Of a DNA stretch of 64,000 nucleotides, positions 37,010-45,499 are shown piece after piece. Within the stretch, counting starts at the first letter, position 1. Each line of letters begins with the position of its first letter. The stretch is from positions 10,835-74,834 of IMG/VR virus record IMGVR_UViG_3300009597_000014; one strand, 5' to 3'. Below the pieces are notes generated by a model, which saw nothing but the letters and a program-made list of their open reading frames with translations, was not told the DNA's origin and did not search any database. Made by a program: the position numbers and the translations under genes. Source of the DNA: a virus.

Positions 37010-37786
37010 CAATATGTTCAACAGAAGTCGTTAATTTCTGCCAGCAGCTTTACCTGCATCTCCATGTTTCCAAGGAGTTCGGACTATATCATAATCCCGA
37101 AGGATCCCGTGCGCTTCGGTCCACTTGGACCTACTCTACTAGGTTCGATTTTCATCGCCGTTCGATAGTCTCTGCACCTTCTGATATGCCAAGATATCTT
37201 CACACATACTCAGGAAAATTTCAGTTGCCATTTCACCTTTGGCTCTGTTTGCAGCCCATGAGAGCCACTGTACATTACCCTCAATATATCCTTTTCCTGG
37301 TTCAATTTGATCCAAAGATAAGGAATGCATTGAGTCTTTTTCTAGTGAAAGGCTAACTCCTGTTAGATTACATAAACCTTTTTGAGATTTATATACACTA
37401 TACAGATAGTTATCTGTTAATTCTGGTAAAGGTCGTTTAAGTTTTACACATCTACTTTTCGCATCTTTTAATTTATGACGAATAGTAGACATTAAAACTC
37501 TATCTTCTAGTGGAATTAATTTAATTCTACCAGTACCTTGATAACCAGGATTTCTTTTCCTGAATTCTTTTGCATAATCATTATTACATGATTTGCAATA
37601 AGTGTGGTGGTTTTGCCTTGTAATAGCAAAACATATGAGATCTTTGATTTCACCACAACGTATGCATAGCTTGGTTTGCATAGAAAGCTCCTAAGTTGCT
37701 TTCTACGTATCAGCTTGGCTCATGATTGTCCACAAGGGATGTTCCATGAGTTCACACGGTTTAAAGGCGACCATGACTAGTGGTTA
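37010..37786 (-). mobile_element. Group I self-splicing intron (777 nt) in RNAP II subunit 2
   Basis: Exon end AGGCGAU pairs with IGS GUCGCCU with U-G at the splice site; R element CAGAGACUA; S element GAUAUAGUCC; terminal G at 37010; splicing restores KQAI-MTAFYGS, 400 aa. Confidence 0.92.
37139..37681 (-). CDS. Intron-encoded HNH-type homing endonuclease
   Basis: N-terminal CxxC..CxxC; C..TG...SLDQI...KGY..GNV.......N.AKG; 3' end runs into the intron core. Confidence 0.8.
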   Translation of the reverse strand: MQTKLCIRCGEIKDLICFAITRQNHHTYCKSCNNDYAKEFRKRNPGYQGTGRIKLIPLEDRVLMSTIRHKLKDAKSRCVKLKRPLPELTDNYLYSVYKSQKGLCNLTGVSLSLEKDSMHSLSLDQIEPGKGYIEGNVQWLSWAANRAKGEMATEIFLSMCEDILAYQKVQRLSNGDENRT

Positions 37787-38193
37787 ATCGCCTGCTTGGT
37801 CTTTTTCCGGTCTATTTTCGCATTTGAGCCTAGTTTCTTGGCCATAGTGTTATAGATGGAGATGTATGCGTCTTCGCGGTGGCCCGTGTCGATGACATTG
37901 CAGAGACTGGCGGCTTGTCTGTCGCAGGATAGAGCCGCCAGGATCTGTATGCCGGAACAGGTGGCATCCAAACTGATTGGATACCCACACATCTTTCCTT
38001 CCTTGGCTTTTTCCCAAGCGACTATCCCAGCATAAAAAAGCGCTGGCTCTTCAGCCTTTGGAACCAGAGAATGAAGCTGTCCCTCATTCTCATCGAACCA
38101 AGAAAGACGATCATTCCAATTAGCCTTGTCGAGGCCAAAGTTACTAGCAATATCTATTTTGAGATATTGCTGACCTGTAAATGTTTGTAGCAT
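37787..38193 (-). CDS. RNA polymerase II subunit 2 (N4 gp16-like), exon 1
   Basis: FTG.QYLKIDIA.NFGLDK, LDATCSGIQ (motif A), R..TKQA (start of motif B). Confidence 0.92.
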
Positions 38194-38202
38194 GATAGCT
38201 CC

Positions 38203-38409
38203 TTAATAGCCGGGTATTTTCCGGCGGGTTAATTCTTTCTCCTCCTTGTCGAAGAGAATGAACAGTGTGTAGTCCTCTGGTTCACCAAAGTCTGATGCCC
38301 AGATTTCCATCCTTCCAGCCAGAGCCAGGAGATCTGGTTCGAATCCTGGACCCAGAGGCGGTTTAGCCACCATGGATTCATAGTTTGCACTTTGTTCCAT
38401 CAGGTACAT
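38203..38409 (-). CDS. Hypothetical protein
   Basis: Start reassigned to MYLMEQ (TAATG overlap). Confidence 0.55.
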   Translation of the reverse strand: MYLMEQSANYESMVAKPPLGPGFEPDLLALAGRMEIWASDFGEPEDYTLFILFDKEEKELTRRKIPGY

Positions 38410-38783
38410 TATCCTGCATCTCCATAGGTTTGCGTGCATGCAAGACCTACGTGTTGACCACCGGTCATTCCACAGAGGCCGCATTTGTTTTCCAGCTTGG
38501 CTGCTGCCTCGAGGAGCAGATCTCCATGGCAGGCCAATGGCTTGCAATAGCAGACCAGATGCTTGCCTTTGAGAGGCTCGAGATCCAGGTGAGGCAACAC
38601 ATGGACACGGAACATCTCGATGGATCGTTCTCTGCTTTCAGTGAAATACAGTGCCTTGCTGTTGGGATTATGTGAGTAGGGATTTCCCCAAGGAGAACCT
38701 CTGCCGACATATACGGCATCATTAGGAGCCGTGTTATGTTTCTTATTATGGACTCTTGGTTTAGGATTTCTAGGAGTTGTCAT
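38409..38783 (-). CDS. DUF4326 family protein
   Basis: VYVGRGSPWGNPY...L.GK.L.CYCKPLACHGD.L. Confidence 0.85.
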   Translation of the reverse strand: MTTPRNPKPRVHNKKHNTAPNDAVYVGRGSPWGNPYSHNPNSKALYFTESRERSIEMFRVHVLPHLDLEPLKGKHLVCYCKPLACHGDLLLEAAAKLENKCGLCGMTGGQHVGLACTQTYGDAG

Positions 38784-38968
38784 TCATCTTCTCCTAATTC
38801 TGTTTCTAGAAACTGGATCAATCCCTTAATAAAATCAGTATGTAATTGTTGATTTCTCCAGACAATATATTGCTCATCTCTGGACATGGCTTTGCCATAT
38901 AGAAGTCGGAGTTGCTGCAGTTCTTCATTGGTAAGAAGAATTTCATTAGTGGGATGATTCTCATTCAT
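38780..38968 (-). CDS. Hypothetical protein
   Basis: ATGA-coupled. Confidence 0.55.
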   Translation of the reverse strand: MNENHPTNEILLTNEELQQLRLLYGKAMSRDEQYIVWRNQQLHTDFIKGLIQFLETELGEDE

Positions 38969-39153
38969 TTTGTTACCTCTTGAAGTGCTTTTATTATGAA
39001 GAGCTCGATTAAACGGGCTGCTTCTTCGAATTTCTCCTCATCACCACGACAGACTCTGTGAAACAAGGAAGTTAATGCAGGTACAGGCTTTCCATCCACC
39101 AAGGTAGTTGGATCCTGGGTATGAAGTAGAATTTGTTGGATTTGCTCATTCAT
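38965..39153 (-). CDS. Hypothetical protein
   Basis: ATGA-coupled. Confidence 0.55.
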   Translation of the reverse strand: MNEQIQQILLHTQDPTTLVDGKPVPALTSLFHRVCRGDEEKFEEAARLIELFIIKALQEVTK

Positions 39154-39959
39154 TTTGTTATCTCCTGATTGGCAAATTCTACCACTGCTTTATTCCAGCA
39201 TGCTGCCTGATAATTAACATGATATCCTTGGCAATATGTCCTGCCTCGTTTATCATATTTATGGGTGAGCCAGAATTCACCCTCATTGGATAATCCCAGA
39301 TGATTAAGAACATCATGGGCTGTCCGGTCATATTTTTCGAAGGCTTTCACCCTCTTCTTGTATTCCTCGATGTCTTCGTCCTGCTTGGGCTTGTCGAGGT
39401 GTCTCCATTTGTTCTTGATGGTGGTAGCTACCTGCTGGTTCAACCTGAATTTGATTCTGTTTAGGCTATTTAAGTGATCCAGGCAGACATCCTCATCATG
39501 GTGATTATGTCTTAGAATCACTGAGTTATGACTCGTGTAATAACCCGTGTCATGATTAGTCCTCAATATCCTTGGTTCCACGACCATAGGCAGTGGATAT
39601 TGATACCGATCGATGTCGTCCTGCACGTCTTGACTGATGTCCCATCTAACGATGAACTGTTTCTGGATGGGGCTCCAGTTGGCCAGATCTGCCCGTACAG
39701 CAGCATCTAGGGCATTGGCTGTCCGTTGTGGGTCTCCATCAAAATGTCTCATCAGGATGCCTGCCATGGTTGGCAGAGTAGCTCTCTTGTGAAGAGCCAT
39801 CTGAACCAGGAAGTCGAATCCGAACTCCATATCGATCTTGTGCTCGATCATGTGAGCCTTGAAGTCGAATTCCTTCTCCGATTCGAAGTCGTCTCGTATG
39901 CGAGTGAACAGCTGGTTCTTGTGGAACAGCTGCTCGATAGAGATTTGAAACTCAAGCAT
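39150..39959 (-). CDS. RNA polymerase II subunit 1 (N4 gp15-like), 269 aa
   Basis: YQYPLPMVVEP, D.CLDHLN, THKYDKRGRTYCQGYHVN (DxxGR); RBS AAGGAG before 39959. Confidence 0.92.
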   Translation of the reverse strand: MLEFQISIEQLFHKNQLFTRIRDDFESEKEFDFKAHMIEHKIDMEFGFDFLVQMALHKRATLPTMAGILMRHFDGDPQRTANALDAAVRADLANWSPIQKQFIVRWDISQDVQDDIDRYQYPLPMVVEPRILRTNHDTGYYTSHNSVILRHNHHDEDVCLDHLNSLNRIKFRLNQQVATTIKNKWRHLDKPKQDEDIEEYKKRVKAFEKYDRTAHDVLNHLGLSNEGEFWLTHKYDKRGRTYCQGYHVNYQAACWNKAVVEFANQEITK

Positions 39960-40114
39960 GGATTTCTCCTTTACTGGTTCGATTGTTTTCATGGGTGGCG
40001 GTAGTAATGGGACTATCGGAGGCAATGAAAAAGGCTTCCGAGTTTCCTCTAGAAGCCTTAATTCATGAACCAGGATAATGCCGAGTTGGAGTATTTTAAT
40101 AATAGCTCCTACAT

Positions 40115-40384
40115 TCATGTGATCTCCCGATATTTCTCCAACAGTTTCCTGAGTTTATGTTCATCGAAACCAGGTGAAAGATAATCAGACCCTTCAGGTC
40201 CGAATCTGATACCTGCTGTTATTTCCTTATTACCTGGGAGGATATAGGCGTCGAGTTTGTCTCCATATTGGAACCAGCGAGAAATAGAATCTGGTCCATG
40301 TGGGTAACACTCGGCCAGCTCCTCTAGCTGGACATATGTGATTTCATCCTTCCAGGGATTATCTTCATGCCAGTGGGTAATCAT
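40115..40384 (-). CDS. Hypothetical protein
   Basis: Coupled ORF. Confidence 0.55.
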   Translation of the reverse strand: MITHWHEDNPWKDEITYVQLEELAECYPHGPDSISRWFQYGDKLDAYILPGNKEITAGIRFGPEGSDYLSPGFDEHKLRKLLEKYREIT

Positions 40385-40749
40385 CCGAATTCCTCCAGAA
40401 AATCATGTGCTTTCTTTTTCCATTCGTCCTCATTGTTGAGGGCAGCTCTTAGCAGCTTACGTAGCTCACTCTCACGATCCTCTTTCATGAGGTTCTGGAT
40501 ATCCATGACCTGACCGATGAATGAGCTCCCTAGACCCATTCTAATTTCACTCTCTGGAGTGGATTCGAATTCGGCTAGAGATGTCCTGACTTTTCTGACT
40601 GAAATAGCCAGATTAGGCCATTCAATTCTGGCATAATCATTTATATCCTTATTCCAATCACTAAAGGGTCCGAACCAATCTGGATCTTTATCCTGCATGG
40701 CGTGAATGTCTGAGAGTAAGCTCTTTAGATTTTCTAGTAATTCTCTCAT
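40381..40749 (-). CDS. Hypothetical protein
   Basis: Coupled ORF. Confidence 0.55.
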   Translation of the reverse strand: MRELLENLKSLLSDIHAMQDKDPDWFGPFSDWNKDINDYARIEWPNLAISVRKVRTSLAEFESTPESEIRMGLGSSFIGQVMDIQNLMKEDRESELRKLLRAALNNEDEWKKKAHDFLEEFG

Positions 40750-41057
40750 TGTGAGTTCTGCCTTCTGGCTTCGAGGTAAACATGACCATGTTCTATGCCT
40801 TTGGCATAATAGAATCTAATGGCATCAGTGAAATCCGCAGGTGGATTACATTCTGCAGTTAGAAATCCAACAACATAAGTTTGAACCAGGATAAGGAATA
40901 ATGATTTATCTCTATCTCCTGTTGGTTCACTTGATGTGCCTTTAAGTAATGCATGATCCATATCTTCATGGATTTTTGCCATTAGCTGAGTGATAAGCCC
41001 TCGATTATCATCAATGGCTTGAACCATAGGAGTAATGTCTTCCATTATCTTCGCCAT
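40746..41057 (-). CDS. Hypothetical protein
   Basis: Coupled ORF. Confidence 0.55.
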   Translation of the reverse strand: MAKIMEDITPMVQAIDDNRGLITQLMAKIHEDMDHALLKGTSSEPTGDRDKSLFLILVQTYVVGFLTAECNPPADFTDAIRFYYAKGIEHGHVYLEARRQNSQ

Positions 41058-41227
41058 ATCCTGAGAAAATTAAATCTATTAGAATGAATTTTCCTTTTAG
41101 CATTATTCTTGCTGTTCCAGGTACGAGCTATCATACGGTTTTTAAAAACCTTCCCTGGTTGTGGGTTTCCCCACAGCCAAGGTTGGATAGATCTTAGAAA
41201 TCGATTGGGATTCCAGAGCGATTTCAT
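41045..41227 (-). CDS. Small basic hypothetical protein
   Basis: ATGA-coupled. Confidence 0.45.
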   Translation of the reverse strand: MKSLWNPNRFLRSIQPWLWGNPQPGKVFKNRMIARTWNSKNNAKRKIHSNRFNFLRIWRR

Positions 41228-41496
41228 ACCCAGATTCCATCATAGACACCTGGATGTTCTTCACCTCTGGTTCGAGGTTGATCCAGTTTGCCTGAATCCC
41301 AGAGTTCCAGGGCTATTTCTACACCCTTCTTGGGATTCTTTTTCCAATAAACAGGAGCATAATTTGTCTTTATAGCTTCCTCGAATATGTCCCTTTTGGG
41401 CATATTGGTTCCAGCGATTATTTTCTCTACATCCTTAAGATCCACTTCTCCATTGAGGATGTCCTTGACGCAGAAGCTGAGACTCATTCCGATCAT
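41224..41496 (-). CDS. Hypothetical protein
   Basis: IG.SLSFCVKDIL.G.V....V..II.GT...GKL.QPR. Confidence 0.6.
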   Translation of the reverse strand: MIGMSLSFCVKDILNGEVDLKDVEKIIAGTNMPKRDIFEEAIKTNYAPVYWKKNPKKGVEIALELWDSGKLDQPRTRGEEHPGVYDGIWV

Positions 41497-42071
41497 GCTC
41501 GTATCCTCCCCTGGATGTTGTCGATCTCAAGAAGCTGTGCCTCGAGCTCTTTGGGACTGGTAGCTGACCCAAAGTTAATGATGGGGATCTGATAGTGCTT
41601 GGCGATCCTCAATGCCTGGCCTGTCCCACCTGTGACAGCACCCTTGATGGTCCAGCATATGATGAACCTGGATGGCTGCACGATCGCTCCATGGATCTGC
41701 TCGCAGCCTATGACGATCCTCGTATTACGTTGATGCAGAAGCTTTGCTGAAGGTGAACAGGCACTCCATCTTGGATGATAGTGTGCAGTGAAATCCTGTT
41801 CCTGTTGAGTGAATGGATACTTCTTGGGATTGAGCTCACTTGGATGGTTATTGTATCCGGCCCATGGAAGATAGATTTCCTTGGCCTCGTCGTGGATCCC
41901 CTCCTCGAAGGCCGAGTCAGCTCCTGTGGCAGCACCTGACCGCAGGATCCATCCTTCACTCTCCAGATAACGCGCAACCTGGTTCATGATGGTCTGGATG
42001 TGCGTCGGTGTCTCCCTGGATCCTATTCCAGCGTAAAAAAGTTGAACTTTAGGTGCCGTTTCGATGGCCAT
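41493..42071 (-). CDS. SLOG / DprA-like Rossmann-fold protein
   Basis: YAGIGSRETP, LRSGAATGADSAFE, GGTGQALRIA. Confidence 0.85.
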   Translation of the reverse strand: MAIETAPKVQLFYAGIGSRETPTHIQTIMNQVARYLESEGWILRSGAATGADSAFEEGIHDEAKEIYLPWAGYNNHPSELNPKKYPFTQQEQDFTAHYHPRWSACSPSAKLLHQRNTRIVIGCEQIHGAIVQPSRFIICWTIKGAVTGGTGQALRIAKHYQIPIINFGSATSPKELEAQLLEIDNIQGRIRA

Positions 42072-42219
42072 TTTTGCCCTCCTTTTAAAACGGTTTAGTT
42101 TTCAGGCATTTACTCGACAAATTCCTCATTTTCGAGATAGTTGGTTACTCGATACCCACAATAAGTAGAAATTTCGAGTTGAAAAAGTCCAACTTAGTTC
42201 GACTTTCGTTCCTATCTAT

Positions 42220-42654
42220 TTAGGTAGTCTTTTGGTCTCTGATAGCCATCAGGATCTTGCCCAGATGATTATCTCCCTGGCCTGCACAGACACCCCAGTA
42301 GGTGTCTCCCCAATGATTTTCTTCGATGATTTCCCTGGATCCAGTGGCTTTTAATTTAGCCATTAATTCTGGATGTTGGTTGAATTTAAGGGTGACAATT
42401 TCTGTCATGATCCCTAATTTGATTTCATTCCAATTGGATCTTAATTTCACTTTAGATCCATGTCTTTTAGCCTGTCCAGGAGTTAATGTAGCTATCCTTA
42501 TCCAGTCGCTTGCATCTTCACTCTTGGTAGCCTGATAGGCATTCTCGGCAGTCGGAAAGAACCATCTTTCTGTACCCATGGGTATCTGTACCGTGGCTGG
42601 GTAGAAGTTGCTGAGCCAGGCATAATCATCCCTGAAACTACGTATTGCATCCAT
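42220..42654 (-). CDS. NADAR (YbiA-like) family protein
   Basis: WLSNFY...T.E.AYQA.K...KF.QH..L...L..TG...E...WGD.YWG...G.N.LG.ILM.IR. Confidence 0.9.
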   Translation of the reverse strand: MDAIRSFRDDYAWLSNFYPATVQIPMGTERWFFPTAENAYQATKSEDASDWIRIATLTPGQAKRHGSKVKLRSNWNEIKLGIMTEIVTLKFNQHPELMAKLKATGSREIIEENHWGDTYWGVCAGQGDNHLGKILMAIRDQKTT

Positions 42655-42680
42655 GATTACCTCCTGTTGACTTCTATATT

Positions 42681-42724
42681 AAAAAAGGAGATATGCTATA
42701 TCGCATGGATAAGCATACCTCCTT
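42681..42724 (-). terminator. Terminator of early unit 3
   Basis: AAGGAG.TATGCT/AGCATA.CTCCTT stem with T-run on the - strand. Confidence 0.6.
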
Positions 42725-42753
42725 GGCTCCAAGGGACGGAACCAGAAAAAGAA

Positions 42754-43224
42754 CTATCGGGTAGTAAGAGATCCTGAAGCATAGTTTTCAACGACATTCT
42801 TGGCCGTTACCAAATCAATCCAAGGAAATAGAGGCTGGTAGAAAGCTCTGAACTCCTTGATTGCATTGATCTTTTGATTAGGGGCATACTGCTGCCAGAC
42901 ATGGGGTGAAGGCAAATTGGGTATATGGTAATCATGAGATTCACAATATTCGGTTACTCTTTCTATGGCTCTCCAGGCGTCTACGAATAATGTTTCTTTA
43001 TAAGATTTAACAGCTTCGCTGAAATATCCTTCCTGGGCCAGGTCTCTCCAGGTTGGAGGTGTCTTTTCCTCTTCCTGGTTCGACTCGTTGAAGAGGTCGT
43101 GGAATAGGATGGGATTTTTCAATGCTGCCTTGGCGATATCTTCCTGCATTTCATTCATGGTCGAATTTAGGATTCGAATCAGAATGATGGAAGCCTTCTC
43201 ATGTATTTTATCAATCTCACGCAT
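42754..43224 (-). CDS. Early protein with ribosomal L7/L12 CTD-like motif
   Basis: QKINAIKEFRA.......LVTAKNVVE; RBS AGGAGG. Confidence 0.55.
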   Translation of the reverse strand: MREIDKIHEKASIILIRILNSTMNEMQEDIAKAALKNPILFHDLFNESNQEEEKTPPTWRDLAQEGYFSEAVKSYKETLFVDAWRAIERVTEYCESHDYHIPNLPSPHVWQQYAPNQKINAIKEFRAFYQPLFPWIDLVTAKNVVENYASGSLTTR

Positions 43225-43242
43225 TAATACCTCCTAAATGCA

Positions 43243-43261
43243 CCAATCGAAGGCGCAGCCT
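43243..43261 (-). promoter_or_regulatory. vRNAP hairpin promoter P3 (predicted +1 at 43244)
   Basis: Template (+) strand CCAATCGA-AGGC-GCA-GCCT. Confidence 0.75.
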
Positions 43262-43289
43262 CTCTGTTGTCGATAGGACTATCGGATTC

Positions 43290-43333
43290 AAAGGGGAACA
43301 CCTGGCTCCATCTCTGGAACCAGGTATCCCCCT
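43290..43333 (-). terminator. Terminator after gp2-like gene
   Basis: AGGGGA.ACCTGG.TCCA/TGGA.CCAGGT.TCCCCT stem followed by TTT. Confidence 0.6.
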
Positions 43334-43342
43334 CCCCCCGCT

Positions 43343-43858
43343 TTATGCGACGGTCTTAAGCGCCCTCTGCAACGTCCTGATCTGGGCCTGGATCTCGGCC
43401 TTGGTCGGGCCAGACTCAGCCTCAGCCTGCACCTGCGGTGTCACCTGTGCAGCCTTGCCGGTGGTGAGCATGCCCATCAGATCGCCAACGCTAAACTCGT
43501 TGTCGGCACGAACGATGGAGAGCTCCTCGTTGACCCTCCGGAGCCTCACGACGAGGTTGGAGAGCTCTTTCTCCTCTCCGGGCTGCATCGAGTCGCCGAT
43601 CACCTGAAGGGCACTCAGCAGCTCGTTCTTGGCCGTGTTACGCTTCACCGCTTCCGGGTTGGTGCCGGTGACGGAGCTAGGCTCCATCGTGTCGATCGGG
43701 GATCCAAGCGGCAACGGTACGAAGTTCCCATTGACCACATAGCCGATATTGGCCCAGACCTTCGCTCGCGGACGATCGAAGCTCAGACCACCAAAAGGCC
43801 TGCGTGCATTGCTCTGTGCCGTCTGGGTAGGGACGGTGACCTGTTCGAGAATAGCCAT
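43343..43858 (-). CDS. N4 gp2-like ssDNA-binding activator of RNAP II
   Basis: KVWANIGY...FVPLPLG.PIDT.EP...N.LL..L......MQPGEE; start MAILE with RBS AAGGAG. Confidence 0.8.
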   Translation of the reverse strand: MAILEQVTVPTQTAQSNARRPFGGLSFDRPRAKVWANIGYVVNGNFVPLPLGSPIDTMEPSSVTGTNPEAVKRNTAKNELLSALQVIGDSMQPGEEKELSNLVVRLRRVNEELSIVRADNEFSVGDLMGMLTTGKAAQVTPQVQAEAESGPTKAEIQAQIRTLQRALKTVA

Positions 43859-43920
43859 AGCGTGGTAGCTCCTTTGCTCATGGCGGTTAAGATCGGGTGC
43901 CTGCGACCATCGCAAAACAC

Positions 43921-43940
43921 CCATTCGAGGGCGCAGCCCT
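43921..43940 (-). promoter_or_regulatory. vRNAP hairpin promoter P2 (predicted +1 at 43922)
   Basis: Template (+) strand CCATTCG-AGGGC-GCA-GCCCT. Confidence 0.8.
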
Positions 43941-44049
43941 TGTGTGCCACGCCTATCAGGAGAGCACCGGCCTTGCGGCAGTGCTCTTTGAACCAGAAAA
44001 AGGAATGGAGCCCCACCTCTCGGCAGGACTCTTAATGTGTGGGATTAGC

Positions 44050-44142
44050 TCAGCGGTCGTCTCCGCACATGACCATCAGGATGGACATTGCGAAGGCCAG
44101 AGGCACGCAGATGGCGAGCCAGGCGACGATGAAGCTTAGCAT
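44050..44142 (-). CDS. 30-aa membrane micro-protein (not in ORF track)
   Basis: MLSFIVAWLAICVPLAFAMSILMVMCGDDR; TGATG overlap. Confidence 0.45.
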   Translation of the reverse strand: MLSFIVAWLAICVPLAFAMSILMVMCGDDR

Positions 44143-44330
44143 CACATCACCGCCATAGCGGTGGTGCAGATGGTGATCACCGAGGTGAATGCCATGATCA
44201 GGCTGAGGATCGGTTTACGATCGAACCAGCATGTCAGGGCAGCCACTGCAAGCATGAATGAGAGGATGACGAATATGCTGACGGCCCATGTCGGGTCATT
44301 GCCGTTGAAGATGTAGGATTCGATGTTCAT
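44142..44330 (-). CDS. Small two-TM membrane protein
   Basis: Start MNIESY with RBS AAGGAG. Confidence 0.6.
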   Translation of the reverse strand: MNIESYIFNGNDPTWAVSIFVILSFMLAVAALTCWFDRKPILSLIMAFTSVITICTTAMAVM

Positions 44331-44370
44331 GGTGGTAGCTCCTTGAAATCGTAGGGTTTCTAGTTTTGGA

Positions 44371-44658
44371 TCAGGCCGAGACATTCATCTCGGCGTCGAT
44401 CATCTCCTTGGTCGGGAACACCAGTCCCTCCCCATATTTCCATTCCATAGCGGTGCAGTCACAGCCGTCTGTGATCAGCACCTGCTTGATGAATCCCAGC
44501 CTCTGGGCTGGGATCGTGGGTGAGGTGTAGTGGCGAAAGGCCTCTACGGCCTCTTCGACACTGACCCATCCCCTGACGTATTCCTGTTCCTCGCTGACGA
44601 AGAACACACAGACGGAGAACTCTCCATCGGTCGAACCAATATGTCTGGGCATTTCCAT
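44371..44658 (-). CDS. Hypothetical early protein
   Basis: GEFSVC.FF....EYVR...ITDG.DC...EWK.GEG.VFP; RBS AAGGAG. Confidence 0.7.
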   Translation of the reverse strand: MEMPRHIGSTDGEFSVCVFFVSEEQEYVRGWVSVEEAVEAFRHYTSPTIPAQRLGFIKQVLITDGCDCTAMEWKYGEGLVFPTKEMIDAEMNVSA

Positions 44659-44728
44659 AGCTCCTTGTTTTTACTATCGGTTGTAGGTTTGGAACCAAGG
44701 AGGAATGACATCCTCCCTGGGTCAAAGC

Positions 44729-44956
44729 CTATGAGTTCATAGCGGTATCGTAGGCATCCATAGCAGCCTCATAGGCAGCGTCAGCCTCGTCCTGGTAGCT
44801 CAGGTCATCAAGGCCGTACTTGTGAGCCAACTGGTCCTCAAGCTCGTCCTTGCAGTCCTTGGCGTACTGCAGCGAGTCGAACTTGCCCATCACTCTACCG
44901 GTTTGCATATCGGTGACTTCGTAGCCGGTGTTGGTGGAGATTATCTGGATACGCAT
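44729..44956 (-). CDS. Hypothetical acidic early protein
   Basis: RBS AAGGAG. Confidence 0.65.
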   Translation of the reverse strand: MRIQIISTNTGYEVTDMQTGRVMGKFDSLQYAKDCKDELEDQLAHKYGLDDLSYQDEADAAYEAAMDAYDTAMNS

Positions 44957-45106
44957 GGCGATTAACTCCTTGGATTAGTCGAGACCGATAGTCTCTTTAG
45001 TCTCTATAGGGGTTGAAGCGAATGTAAGTTTGATAGTAACGGTACTATCAAGCTACAGAGCACAGTCCCGCCAGGTTCTTACCTGGCAGGACTTAGCTCC
45101 CGGTGG

Positions 45107-45451
45107 TTAATCGAAGAGAGCCGACAGCTCCGCGAAGTTGGCGTCGAAGAGCAACTTTGTTTGCGGGTTGGAGTGCATTTCTGAAGCCAGAGCGAGTTGA
45201 GATCTGGTCCGTTCGGAAGCAGCCTGCTCCAGCAGGTAGAGTCTCCGTGTCTTGGCACGGACGATGGAGTTGTCAGCCTGGTTTAACTCGGCGTCTGCCG
45301 CCCAGTTATCCAGCATGTTGATGCCTCGATCCAGTACCTTGATGCTGGTCGATGCAGTGTTGATGAGGCGAGAGCCTGCGTTAGCTGCAGTCTCTACTCC
45401 TCCGAGGATGGCGCCCACTGCTCCAGTGGTACGCGCTACTATGCCAGTCAT
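45107..45451 (-). CDS. N4 gp1-like early protein
   Basis: First gene after P1; AR.T.GA.LG.V..AA pattern, similar size. Confidence 0.7.
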   Translation of the reverse strand: MTGIVARTTGAVGAILGGVETAANAGSRLINTASTSIKVLDRGINMLDNWAADAELNQADNSIVRAKTRRLYLLEQAASERTRSQLALASEMHSNPQTKLLFDANFAELSALFD

Positions 45452-45476
45452 GGTATATACTCCGGGGCAGGATCGC

Positions 45477-45496
45477 CCACTTGGGGGCGCAGCCCC
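45477..45496 (-). promoter_or_regulatory. vRNAP hairpin promoter P1 (predicted +1 at 45478)
   Basis: Template (+) strand CCACTTG-GGGGC-GCA-GCCCC. Confidence 0.8.
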
Positions 45497-45499
45497 AGT

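Noticed and set aside
36214-38193. RNAP II subunit 2 as a pseudogene or three-subunit enzyme
   Set aside because: Group I intron signatures and exact frame restoration explain the split.
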